A stretch of 32,000 nt of DNA from Candidatus Heimdallarchaeota archaeon B3_Heim (GTDB lineage: Archaea; Asgardarchaeota; Heimdallarchaeia; Hodarchaeales; Hodarchaeaceae): assembly GCA_003144275.1 (NCBI GenBank), contig NJBF01000024.1:38992-70991 (forward strand). Reading direction: 5' to 3'. Position 1 is the stretch's first letter. Each line of letters begins with the position of its first letter. The position numbers and the translations under genes are program-made. Below, in pieces: positions 21,285 to 30,226 of the stretch. Under the pieces are notes generated by a model. That model saw only the letters and a list, made by a program, of their open reading frames with translations, did no database searches and was not told the origin of the DNA.

Positions 21285-22754
21285 ATGGCAAAGAAGTATT
21301 ATTGTGGCCTTTGCGAGACCAGTCATAATGCCCTAAAATCAAGACATCAGTGTAACCAATGTGCTCGTTTCTACTGTGATTCAGCACTAGAGGATGCACG
21401 AACAGTTGGTGTTACAACCTGCGTTTTTTGCGAAGGAAAATTATCTCCATTTTTTCTTACAACGAGCTTACAATATCTTGCGGAAGATAAAAGAGTAGTG
21501 GATTCTGAGGGGAATAGTGAGGATACAACAAGTTATTCAGAATTCAGTTTAACTCAAGAAAATCTGGAAATTTCTTCTGAATCGGCCACATTTCCTTCAT
21601 ATAATATTGAGATTGATCAAAGGGATTTGGAAATAATCTGGCTGCTGCAAGAAATAGTTGCCAAAGAGATTCCTTTAATAGAAAATGAAGATCTCATCCA
21701 AACAAATTCTGGATTCATTGTCAAAAATCAGCGTATCGTTGGTTTAAGCCTTTTCAAACTAGAGATAAGGCGAGTTCCTGTTGAGATTGGAGAATTAACA
21801 GAGTTAGAAAGGTTATTTTTACGAGAGAACAGAATTGATAAATTACCTGACTTGAGTAGTCTAAAGATCTTGCAAGAACTAGATCTAAGCTATAATCAAT
21901 TAAGAGAATTACCTGCTACTCTGGGTGATATCCCCTCCCTTACTACTCTGATTTTGAACAATAACCGACTAAAGAAAATTCCTATTTCTCTCACTAGCCT
22001 ACAACTGAAGAAATTAAATTTGCAGGATAATCCTTGTTGGAATCATCAGCCTCGTAGTCGAAAATTGCAGCGTTGGATAGATAATTTAGTAAGTAATGGT
22101 TGTGAAGTATTCGATACTCCTAGAGATGGTGAATACCTAAATATTGTCTTATCCCCAAGTGAAGTGGAATTCTTAGAAGAGATAGAACGATTAATTGATA
22201 AACAAATAACGCATTCAGAAACAGCTGTCAATATATTAAATTTAGAACAATTAAAGAATTTTAAATTTGGATTTTGTTCTTCGTTCGAGAGAATTAAAGC
22301 TTTAGGATTAGGAAACCTAGGCCTTTCAACTTTACCACGTTCCATTCAGGGTTTAAATGCTATTGAAATGATAAATTTATCTCAAAATCGTTTTAGTCAA
22401 CTTCCACTAGAATTATTTACCTTGGTGTCCTTACAAGGACTCAATTTAGAAGATAATATACTCGATACACTTGATAGCGGGATTAGAAGTTTAACAGAAT
22501 TAAAAATATTAGATCTACAAACGAATAATCTTAAACGAGTACCCAAATCGTTAGGAAATTTAAGAAAACTTGAAATTCTTATCTTGAAAGACAATGATCT
22601 TATATCACTTCCTTCTTCCCTTAAAGATCTTCAAAACCTCAAAATGATCGATCTTCGTGGGAATCCTATATGGAATGAACGAGAAGATCGGCGTGAATTA
22701 CAAAAATGGATTCGTGACTTAAAAAAACGACATTGTGAAATTGTAGGTTTATGA
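21285..22754 (+). CDS. Cys-rich Zn-finger plus two capped leucine-rich-repeat modules
   Basis: CGLC...HQCNQC...FYC...CVFC at the N-terminus; LxxLxLxxNxL repeats (LERLFLRENRI, LQELDLSYNQL, LKILDLQTNNL); ATG at 21285 preferred over TTG at 21270. Confidence 0.85.
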   Translation: MAKKYYCGLCETSHNALKSRHQCNQCARFYCDSALEDARTVGVTTCVFCEGKLSPFFLTTSLQYLAEDKRVVDSEGNSEDTTSYSEFSLTQENLEISSESATFPSYNIEIDQRDLEIIWLLQEIVAKEIPLIENEDLIQTNSGFIVKNQRIVGLSLFKLEIRRVPVEIGELTELERLFLRENRIDKLPDLSSLKILQELDLSYNQLRELPATLGDIPSLTTLILNNNRLKKIPISLTSLQLKKLNLQDNPCWNHQPRSRKLQRWIDNLVSNGCEVFDTPRDGEYLNIVLSPSEVEFLEEIERLIDKQITHSETAVNILNLEQLKNFKFGFCSSFERIKALGLGNLGLSTLPRSIQGLNAIEMINLSQNRFSQLPLELFTLVSLQGLNLEDNILDTLDSGIRSLTELKILDLQTNNLKRVPKSLGNLRKLEILILKDNDLISLPSSLKDLQNLKMIDLRGNPIWNEREDRRELQKWIRDLKKRHCEIVGL

Positions 22755-22790
22755 TCAGCATTTTCACTATTTTTATGATTACATTCAGGT

Positions 22791-23909
22791 TTATTTTTCA
22801 AGAACTATTCGAACAATATCTGCGTCTCTAAGAACATGACGTAGACCAACTTTCTGGCCGGGAAACTTAGCTGAACTACCCCAAATATTGGCAAAACGAA
22901 AATCATTCTTGAAACGACGGTGAAGCTTAATACAGATATCTTCAACCGTTGAATCCGTTGGAACAATCATCGGTTCATCAAAATCGGCCTTTTCTCCAGG
23001 TTTACGCATGAAAATCCGCATGAGTTTAACTTTCTCGACAATTATCTCCTTAAGCTCATCAATACCATGTCCTAATTCAGCTGATATTGGAACAATTTTT
23101 CTTCCAATTTGTTTTTCAAGGCGATTTAATGTTCCTTCATTAGCCAAATCCATCTTATTGACAACAATCAACGAAGGAATGTATCTACGGTTATCAGCTA
23201 CTGCATCAATGATCTGATCAATAGTTAAATTAGGATCATTTGGTAAGTAAACATCAGCATTGATGATTCGATAAGTACGGAAAATATTCGCAATTTCCTC
23301 ATCCGATAAACCATATCTGAAACCCGAAATGTTAATCCCACCATAATTGCGGCGAATAATTCTGATCCTCGAAGAAGATTGATCTAAACGGATATTTGCT
23401 TTCCAAAGTTCTTCAAATATTTTGGTAAGATGATCAGGACGGCGAACGTCAAGAAGGATGACAATAAGGTTGGCATTTCGTACTGCAGCGAAGACTTCAC
23501 GGCCACGTCCTTTGCCTGATGCCCCACCCTCAATAATTCCAGGTAGATCAATGACTTGAATCCGTGCACCTTTATATTTTCCTTCATATTCCATCATACC
23601 AGGAATAGCATCAATAGTAGTAAAATCATAAGCAGCGACCTTACTATCCTTATTAGTAATTGCATTAAGTAAAGTAGACTTACCTACGGATGGAAAGCCC
23701 AAGAGGATAACCGTCGCGTCACCATGCTTCTTAATCGCAAATCCTGACCCCTTTCTCTTCGATTTCATAGCTCGATCGATGATTTCGGATCGAAGTTGTG
23801 CAATTTGAGCTTTAAGAGTCCCAAAATGTGCCTGAGTTGCCTTATTATATTGCATTTTAGCCATCTCGGCTTCTTTCTCGGCAATCCTTTCTTCGATTTT
23901 TTCAGACAT
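22791..23909 (-). CDS. drg: DRG-family (OBG class) GTPase with TGS domain
   Basis: FGTLKAQIAQLR, G1 GFPSVGKST, YDFTT, DLPGII, NKMD, TGS ending FPGQKVGLRHVLRDADIV. Confidence 0.95.
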   Translation of the reverse strand: MSEKIEERIAEKEAEMAKMQYNKATQAHFGTLKAQIAQLRSEIIDRAMKSKRKGSGFAIKKHGDATVILLGFPSVGKSTLLNAITNKDSKVAAYDFTTIDAIPGMMEYEGKYKGARIQVIDLPGIIEGGASGKGRGREVFAAVRNANLIVILLDVRRPDHLTKIFEELWKANIRLDQSSSRIRIIRRNYGGINISGFRYGLSDEEIANIFRTYRIINADVYLPNDPNLTIDQIIDAVADNRRYIPSLIVVNKMDLANEGTLNRLEKQIGRKIVPISAELGHGIDELKEIIVEKVKLMRIFMRKPGEKADFDEPMIVPTDSTVEDICIKLHRRFKNDFRFANIWGSSAKFPGQKVGLRHVLRDADIVRIVLEK

Positions 23910-24198
23910 AGGGAAATCAGCTTGGTTTAACCAGAAATATGTAACTAAATCTTCGTATTGAGAATTTTATAAAGTTTTGTTCGATTAAGCTTCATTCTAA
24001 GTCGATTCGGTTGGAATTAATGAAACTTTCAATAATTCTTAAGGGTGTATGAAATTGACAAAACTGAGACATTTGCGAATCTTCTAATTATCGCGAAGAA
24101 ATGAACTTCGTAAAAGTGTCGTTTGAAATAAAATTGTTATACGAAAATATAACTCTTATCTACAGCGATGAATATATGTAATAACTGTTCCCCTCCAA

Positions 24199-24244
24199 AT
24201 CCCTCGGAACTATTTCGTGGGTATATTATCCCTCGGACTATTCG
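24199..24244 (+). repeat. Imperfect tandem direct repeat ATCCCTCGGA(A)CTATT(T)CG
   Basis: Copies at 24199-24217 and 24228-24244 differ by two single-base indels. Confidence 0.55.
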
Positions 24245-24358
24245 AAAAGGCGATTTTTGCTAGCGTTCTGTCTATCGAAGTATCTTGAAGGTAGTACTTC
24301 ACGAAAACCTTTTAAGATTAATTATTATTAATGAATATTACAGGTCACCGAAGGCCTG

Positions 24359-24565
24359 ATGACTGAGAGCGAAGTTCGGAGAGTGAAGTGCAGTCATAAC
24401 AAAAAACCAGTTGTGACTACATTGGAAATTAAACGTGAAATTAAAGAAAGTATTATGATAACCTGCCCTTTTTGTGGGTTTAAATGGACCCCCAGGCATG
24501 GAATCCCAAAAGCCTGTGCCAAGTGCAAGCGGTACTTACCGATAGAGGAGGAAGAAAACGAATGA
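24359..24565 (+). CDS. Small Zn-ribbon protein of virus/plasmid type
   Basis: CPFCGFKWTPRHGIPKACAKC; preceded by AAAACCTTTTAA near 24304-24315 and CAGGT upstream of the ATG. Confidence 0.7.
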   Translation: MTESEVRRVKCSHNKKPVVTTLEIKREIKESIMITCPFCGFKWTPRHGIPKACAKCKRYLPIEEEENE

Positions 24566-24705
24566 CCGATTCCACTCCCGAAGAGATTACCCCCCGCGAG
24601 GGCTTCGCGTATATTCTCAAGGAACTCAAAAAGCATGAGGACCGTCTCTTTGCGTTAGAGAATTTCAAGGAGGCCTATTATGATCGGTTGGAGGGGAGAC
24701 GTTGA
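24562..24705 (+). CDS. 47-aa hypothetical protein with short coiled coil
   Basis: ATGA overlap with the Zn-ribbon stop, GAGGAGG upstream; MTDSTPEEITPREGFAYILKELKKHEDRLFALENF... Confidence 0.55.
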   Translation: MTDSTPEEITPREGFAYILKELKKHEDRLFALENFKEAYYDRLEGRR

Positions 24706-24776
24706 CTGAACGACCCGCGGGAAAACTCTGTAAGTATCTGATTCACCTGCTGATAGAGAAAGCATTCAAAGTATAG
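24702..24776 (+). CDS. Possible 24-aa micro-ORF (MTERPAGKLCKYLIHLLIEKAFKV)
   Basis: TTGA overlap with the preceding stop and GGAGGGG upstream; too short to verify. Confidence 0.3.
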   Translation: MTERPAGKLCKYLIHLLIEKAFKV

Positions 24777-24787
24777 GAGGGCCCGAA

Positions 24788-25099
24788 GTGACCACAACGA
24801 AAAAACGCACAATGAAAGCCTCTCCTAATATCAAAGATTTTAAATCGAATCGCTCAGTGTACACAGATATCGAAACTATAGAGATTGTATATGCAGGCAT
24901 AGAAGAATTTGGGTATAAGGGTTTTAGCGCGGGAGTGTGTGGGTTGTTAAAAATGGGCGCAAGCTGGCGAAAACAGTCCGATGCCTATCGAACAACCTTA
25001 CATGAGACGGACACGAAACTGAAAACATGTGAAAAAAACTGTAGTGACCTAGAAGAGGAAAACCGAGACCTGAGTAAACGATTTCGACAGATAGAATGA
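24788..25099 (+). CDS. Possible ribbon-helix-helix protein with C-terminal coiled coil
   Basis: GGAGG before the GTG; RSVYTD-IETIEIVYAGIEEFGY-KGFSAGVCGLLK fits a strand-helix-helix layout; heptads LHETDTKLKTCEKNCSDLEEENRDL. Confidence 0.55.
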   Translation: MTTTKKRTMKASPNIKDFKSNRSVYTDIETIEIVYAGIEEFGYKGFSAGVCGLLKMGASWRKQSDAYRTTLHETDTKLKTCEKNCSDLEEENRDLSKRFRQIE

Positions 25100-25152
25100 G
25101 AATTAGAGGTATTGAAAACACCCGACTAATTTTTGTTCGCTTTCTATGCGTA

Positions 25153-25287
25153 TATATGAGAAACACATAGAACCACAGCGGCCAACTAGAAAAGAGCTCA
25201 AAAATTGACTACGAAAAAGAGCAAACATCAAGAGACCTATATGAGAAGCACATATATTCACATAATTTCTAATAGAAACACATAGAA
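25153..25287 (+). repeat. Three degenerate direct repeats, core TATATGAGAAACACATAGAA
   Basis: 25153-25172; 25238-25254 (16/17 match to the first 17 nt); 25274-25287 (exact AGAAACACATAGAA). Confidence 0.5.
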
Positions 25288-25491
25288 TCAACGCGTAATA
25301 TATATATGAAAATAATCTCATTTACCAACCTCCAAAGTGAATGTGTTCTTAGACTAACAAATTTTGGTCTTCTGATCCTTTTTAAATAAGCCAAAGTATT
25401 ATAAACCTTTAGATTGAATTTAGAGATTAAATTAATCCTTTAAGAATTCTAAAGTTGATCCTATACCATTCCTAAGGTGGTTTTATTAACA

Positions 25492-26199
25492 ATGAAAGCG
25501 ATGATATTAAGAATTGGAATTGATAAAGGAACGGATGGTACTCTAGCGCCTATATTCAATGACAGAAGTTATGAATATATTCCAATGTCAGAACGAGATA
25601 ATAAATCAACAGAGCCAAGGAAGTATTCCAATACCAAAGGTAGATCAGGAAAGCTATTATCATACTATTTACCAAAAAGAGTAAAGGATCGCACAATTCA
25701 TTTCGATCCAGAATTCGAAACCATGACTTATGGAGATCCAACAATAAAGAGGAAGTATTTATTACGCCTTGCAAAAGATGATTTACTAGTATTTTATGCT
25801 GGTTTAACCCCTTTTAGGACTAAAAGATTTAAAGAAGGATTATTTATAATTGGATATTTTCTTGTTTCAGAAGTAGTAGAATTCAAAGTTCTCACAATGG
25901 AGGAAATAAAATCAACATACAATAGATTACATAATAATGCCCACGCGAAACGAAGCTACCATGCATCTGAGTTAGTTATCGTGACTGGAAGCTCAAGTAG
26001 TAGACTACTTGAAAGAGCAATTCCAATAAGCTCTACTAAAATGAATTCTATAGGTAGAAAATATCATGTTGTTTCACCAAAGATAGAAAAGCTCTTAGGA
26101 ATTAAAGGATCCATCCAACGAAGTATTCCTCCCCGTTTTATATACGATATAAAGAATATATCAAACCTAAGAACAATACTAAGTGAATCCCAATTATAG
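25492..26199 (+). CDS. Nmad3-like (nucleotide-modification-associated domain 3) protein
   Basis: ILRIGID, YEYIPMSE, IHFDPEFETMTYGDP, LAKDDLLVFYAGL, IIGYFLV, NNAHAK match the remembered Nmad3 consensus; ATG at 25492. Confidence 0.65.
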   Translation: MKAMILRIGIDKGTDGTLAPIFNDRSYEYIPMSERDNKSTEPRKYSNTKGRSGKLLSYYLPKRVKDRTIHFDPEFETMTYGDPTIKRKYLLRLAKDDLLVFYAGLTPFRTKRFKEGLFIIGYFLVSEVVEFKVLTMEEIKSTYNRLHNNAHAKRSYHASELVIVTGSSSSRLLERAIPISSTKMNSIGRKYHVVSPKIEKLLGIKGSIQRSIPPRFIYDIKNISNLRTILSESQL

Positions 26200-26253
26200 A
26201 ATCCTAATTGGTTCTAAAATCTTCGAAAAAATAATTTGTCTCATTAGAAAATA

Positions 26254-26281
26254 TTGGTGTTAATCCAGCCTTTTACGACAT
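26254..26281 (+). repeat. Direct repeat, copy 1 (TTGGTGTTAATCCAGCCTTTTACGACAT)
   Basis: 25/28 identical to 28895-28922; core 21 nt are 20/21 identical. Confidence 0.75.
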
Positions 26282-26610
26282 TTCTGACGGTTTGTTTTTT
26301 AAATAATTTATGGTCTGTGAGATTATGGTATTCAATGATAATCCTAGCTATTAAATATCCAAAACAGGGATCAATTTCTGGAGCAATCCCTAAAATATTG
26401 TAAAAAACAGGTTGAGAAAAGAAAATAACTGGGACAATGCATCTACATTGATAAACATCACGGGAAGAAGATGAACTATCGATATAGAAAAGAAAATCCT
26501 CTTTTTACAAAAACGTTTGTTTCTATGTTCAAATATATTGCACTCTTATTCTTGCTTTTATAGTAATAGTTCAATGGAATTTTAGAATTAAAGAACGAAT
26601 AAACAATGAT

Positions 26611-27393
26611 ATGTGCTTCCTGATGTCGAATCAATCATTACCTACATTGAATATAAAAAAAGGGTTTCAGATAATTAGCATCAGCGTTTTAATACTGGTG
26701 GCAGTAATTCTCTTTTTTCAAGGATTGACTTCTAATATTAAACCTGAATTACCATTAAAAGAACAAAAAGGGCTCTTTGGTTTTTTAACGACGTTTTTGG
26801 TAATATTACTCTTTATAATCACATTCACAGTCATTATGGCAAGGTTTTATCGCTCAAAATATAAAAATCAATATAATAGTAATACTAATACCCTATTTCC
26901 TTCAACTGAAGTTGAATTCCTGAAACATATTCGAAATAAAGTTGCTATTGGATTAGAAAACATACAGAATACCACCACTTTAACATTTCAAGATATTCGT
27001 CTTTTTACTAATTCTTCTACACCGAGTACAATGTTAGATTTTTTCCCATCGGAGATTAAACAAGAATTACAAACAAAAATTAGAAATAACACCATATTTA
27101 CTTTAATTGAAATCGCTTATCAGGATCCTACTGAAACAAACCCAACGAAGCTCTCTAAAAGTCTTAATATCCCTCCCTCGACCCTTTCTAGAGAAATCAA
27201 AAAATTAGTAACCCTAAATTACCTAGAAACATATTTATCAGACGTTGTTATGTTAGATACTCGTTTGAAGAACTTCAAAGTTACAGAGAAGGGATTTGTT
27301 TTTCTTATGAATCTAAAAAATGCGCTTAATATTACAATAGCCCATCTGAATGAAAGAAATAATCAACAAAGTATTAATATGCCAATATTATAA
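26611..27393 (+). CDS. Membrane-anchored transcription regulator: two TM helices plus MarR/ArsR-like winged HTH
   Basis: TMs IISISVLILVAVILFF and LFGFLTTFLVILLFIITFTVIM; HTH NPTKLSKSLNIPPSTLSREIKKLVTLNYL and wing DTRLKNFKVTEKG. Confidence 0.8.
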   Translation: MCFLMSNQSLPTLNIKKGFQIISISVLILVAVILFFQGLTSNIKPELPLKEQKGLFGFLTTFLVILLFIITFTVIMARFYRSKYKNQYNSNTNTLFPSTEVEFLKHIRNKVAIGLENIQNTTTLTFQDIRLFTNSSTPSTMLDFFPSEIKQELQTKIRNNTIFTLIEIAYQDPTETNPTKLSKSLNIPPSTLSREIKKLVTLNYLETYLSDVVMLDTRLKNFKVTEKGFVFLMNLKNALNITIAHLNERNNQQSINMPIL

Positions 27394-27520
27394 GATATCA
27401 TGCTTATTTTATTTTTTTTTAGGGTAATGTAATTAATTTTCTTGTGATTGATCAGAATAAATTCATGAAATAATGATATGGAATTTTCTATGGGTATTCC
27501 TTTATTATTTAGCCAAACTA

Positions 27521-27546
27521 AGATCCTTCCATTTGTGGAAGGATCT
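27521..27546. promoter_or_regulatory. Perfect 11-bp inverted repeat AGATCCTTCCA-TTTG-TGGAAGGATCT (operator or hairpin)
   Basis: Arms at 27521-27531 and 27536-27546, between the wHTH stop and the LVIVD start. Confidence 0.55.
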
Positions 27547-27599
27547 AAAACATTAAATCGAGAACAAAAATCAGGACTCCCATCAATCTTTCAAACCGA

Positions 27600-28718
27600 T
27601 TGAAGGTGGTTCATTTGAATAAACTGTTCATTAATACTAAAATAAATAGAACACTAAAAGTAATCTATTTCTTGGTTCTTGTAACTCTAATATTTCTGGA
27701 TATTTTGGTTGTTTTCTTTTTACCACAAGTTGGTCTAGGGGCTCTTGTAGCGTATAGTGCGTGTGTTGAAGGTAATCATGCTTTTGTTACAACTAACGAC
27801 GGAACAGTGATTCTAGATATCAGTAACCCTGTAAATCCTAGAAAAATTGGGATTGTAGCTACTAGTGACGGTGCATTTGGTGTAACAGTAAAGGACGACC
27901 TCGCATATATTGCAAGCGATAGTAATGGTTTTATTATTGCTAATATAAGTGATCCAGAGAATCCTTTGATCACAGATCAATATAATGATGGCGGAAGTGC
28001 CCATTCAGTATGTACTAATGGTTCTTATGCGTATGTAACTGAATATCCTCAAGGTATGGAAATATTTGATATTTCTACCCCTGATGATATTATTAAAGTC
28101 ACAGAATACGATGATGGAGGAGTATTTCGTGGTGTCGCGATAAAGAATAACTTCATCTACCTTCCAGATTCAGGTAGGGGCCTTAAAGTACTTAATGTAA
28201 CAGATCCATCCTCGCCTAAATTAGTATCGACTTCTCTATTAACACATGGCGCGATTGATGTTTATATTCATAATGATTTGCTTTTCTTAGGATGTCATGG
28301 ACATGGAGTCTATATTTTTGATATTTCCACTCCCCATTCACCTATTCAGCTTGGAAAATATTATAAACTTGGAGGGGAAGCTTATGGTGTTACTGGAAAC
28401 ACTACTCATCTTTACGTTGCTGATTTACAAAAAGGAGTATATATCCTAAATATCACAGACCCCTCGCACCCAAAAGAAATTTCAGAATATAGTAATGCAG
28501 CTCCACACGATATTTTTTGGAATGATAAGAAAATTTTTCTTGCAGATCAAGACAAGCGATTGATCATCCTTGATGAACATTTAGAACCCTTATTTACTGG
28601 TTTTCAGCGTGATATAAGTCTACAGTTATTTTTAATTGCAGTTACTCTTGTTGTTGGATCAATTCTTCCTATCTATTGGTTCAGAAAATTTCTCCAATTA
28701 GGTCAAAAGGAATCATAA
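27600..28718 (+). CDS. LVIVD-repeat beta-propeller protein anchored by N- and C-terminal TM helices
   Basis: Repeats such as GTVILDISNPVNP, GFIIANISDPENP, GMEIFDISTPDD, GLKVLNVTDPSSP, GVYIFDISTPHSP, GVYILNITDPSHP. Confidence 0.85.
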   Translation: MKVVHLNKLFINTKINRTLKVIYFLVLVTLIFLDILVVFFLPQVGLGALVAYSACVEGNHAFVTTNDGTVILDISNPVNPRKIGIVATSDGAFGVTVKDDLAYIASDSNGFIIANISDPENPLITDQYNDGGSAHSVCTNGSYAYVTEYPQGMEIFDISTPDDIIKVTEYDDGGVFRGVAIKNNFIYLPDSGRGLKVLNVTDPSSPKLVSTSLLTHGAIDVYIHNDLLFLGCHGHGVYIFDISTPHSPIQLGKYYKLGGEAYGVTGNTTHLYVADLQKGVYILNITDPSHPKEISEYSNAAPHDIFWNDKKIFLADQDKRLIILDEHLEPLFTGFQRDISLQLFLIAVTLVVGSILPIYWFRKFLQLGQKES

Positions 28719-28894
28719 AGAAACAATGGAAATCTACAAGAAGAGTAGGTAAAGTCAGAAGAGGATAAACATTTCATGAACGGGTAACTAATACTACTCT
28801 CTTAAGCCTGTTTTGACCATCTCTTTTCTATTTTTAAAATCGAATAAGGAGAGGTTTTATCCTTTGCAGGAAAAGTTGTTAATAAAAATCATTC

Positions 28895-28922
28895 TTGGGG
28901 CTAATCCAGCCTTTTGCGACAT
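28895..28922 (+). repeat. Direct repeat, copy 2 (TTGGGGCTAATCCAGCCTTTTGCGACAT)
   Basis: 25/28 identical to 26254-26281. Confidence 0.75.
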
Positions 28923-29563
28923 AAATCTTTAAATTAGGGAATAGAACAACTTATAACAACCGAAGGGGTCTAGGAAATTTAATCAGGAAAAAGTATAATC
29001 AAATCTATCAAGATCCCACTGGATACATCAGTCAAGTCCCAGGGATCATTTTTATAACTTTCTCGTTTCTTTTGAGCTGGTTAGTCAGCTATGACCAAGA
29101 AAGTCATGTCTACGATTAATTCATTATATTTCATTTTTTTGGTGGGTTTAAGTAATTTTAATGCTATCATTGGGTAAACATTAACAGGAAAAACCTTTAA
29201 ATCAAAAAAGGAGAAAATAACCTTTCTTAAAAATCGATGATGAAAGTTTCAAGAAGGAGATAGGAGAATCGTTTTTGACCTCTGAAAATCTAGTAACGGG
29301 GGTAGGAGAAACGAGATTGATTAAAGTTGTTTAATTTAGGTATAACGACTTACAGGGTATATAAATAAAACATAAAGATTTAGAGAGGGCATACGTTGGT
29401 TATATGATCAAAATACCATGTAGTTTTACAAGGCAGTAGATATATTCTTATTTTTTTATATTGAACGCGTTTGTTAATGGCTTTTATTTCGTCTATGTCG
29501 GCTTCTAATCATTATTCAGGATACCGACGTGCTAGCCGATATCATCAAAGGCTCAATTGCGAC

Positions 29564-30142
29564 TCATGTCTGTCTTTTAAAATACTTTATTGAAATTTTC
29601 TTCATTAATTTAATTAGATAATTAGTTATCTCAATTGCTCTTTCTTTTAAATCCTCAATGTCTATTACATCGAGGTGTAGACAATCATTTCTCATTTCAT
29701 TAATTTTTATCAACAACTCTCTTTCATCTTCATCTAAGTATTCAGTTAATTCGTTAATTCTATTCTTTTGACCAAATACTTTAAAATTCTGTAAATCGTT
29801 CTTTTTAGGAATATACTTTTTAGTCAAATATTCACATATTGCACCGGTGGTTGAAACAGTCGCTAACCAATACCCCTTACTATATAAATTTAAGACATTT
29901 TTGAATTCTCTATACATATAATCAGGTTGATCAAATATTGCTATGTCTCGCAATTTAGAAATCAGGGTTAATCTTTCTTTATCATTGATTGCCATTCTAT
30001 ACAAAGGTGTTGCGTGTAATTCCCAAGTCTTTAATGAAGACTCTATGCTTTCTTCTTTTAATTCATCTATACTGTATTTTCTTAGAGTAGATGGAATTTC
30101 AATTAACATTAATGCCTTAGGTATTTTATTTTCGCTATTCAC
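29564..30142 (-). CDS. HEPN-like (DUF4145-like) protein
   Basis: GYWLATVSTTGAICE helix and R-x4-H motif RNDCLH in the C-terminal half. Confidence 0.6.
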   Translation of the reverse strand: MNSENKIPKALMLIEIPSTLRKYSIDELKEESIESSLKTWELHATPLYRMAINDKERLTLISKLRDIAIFDQPDYMYREFKNVLNLYSKGYWLATVSTTGAICEYLTKKYIPKKNDLQNFKVFGQKNRINELTEYLDEDERELLIKINEMRNDCLHLDVIDIEDLKERAIEITNYLIKLMKKISIKYFKRQT

Positions 30143-30226
30143 TATATTTACTCTCCATTAAGCCAAAGATCAAGTATTTATGAGTAATAACCATCATGTT
30201 TTTGGGGAAAAAAGATTTTAGATTTA

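Noticed and set aside
24359-25099. Intact provirus or plasmid
   Set aside because: No integrase, replication, packaging or capsid gene is visible; reported only as a remnant-like cassette.
26225-26500. Start-less open frame on the minus strand
   Set aside because: No start codon or recognisable motif; cannot be supported as a gene.
24199-28922. CRISPR array or tRNA-based att site
   Set aside because: Repeats occur in only 2-3 copies without regular unique spacers, and no tRNA cloverleaf was found.
28719-29563. Possible gene or IS remnants in the 845-bp gap
   Set aside because: Only short stop-bounded frames with no recognisable motif or paired terminal inverted repeat.
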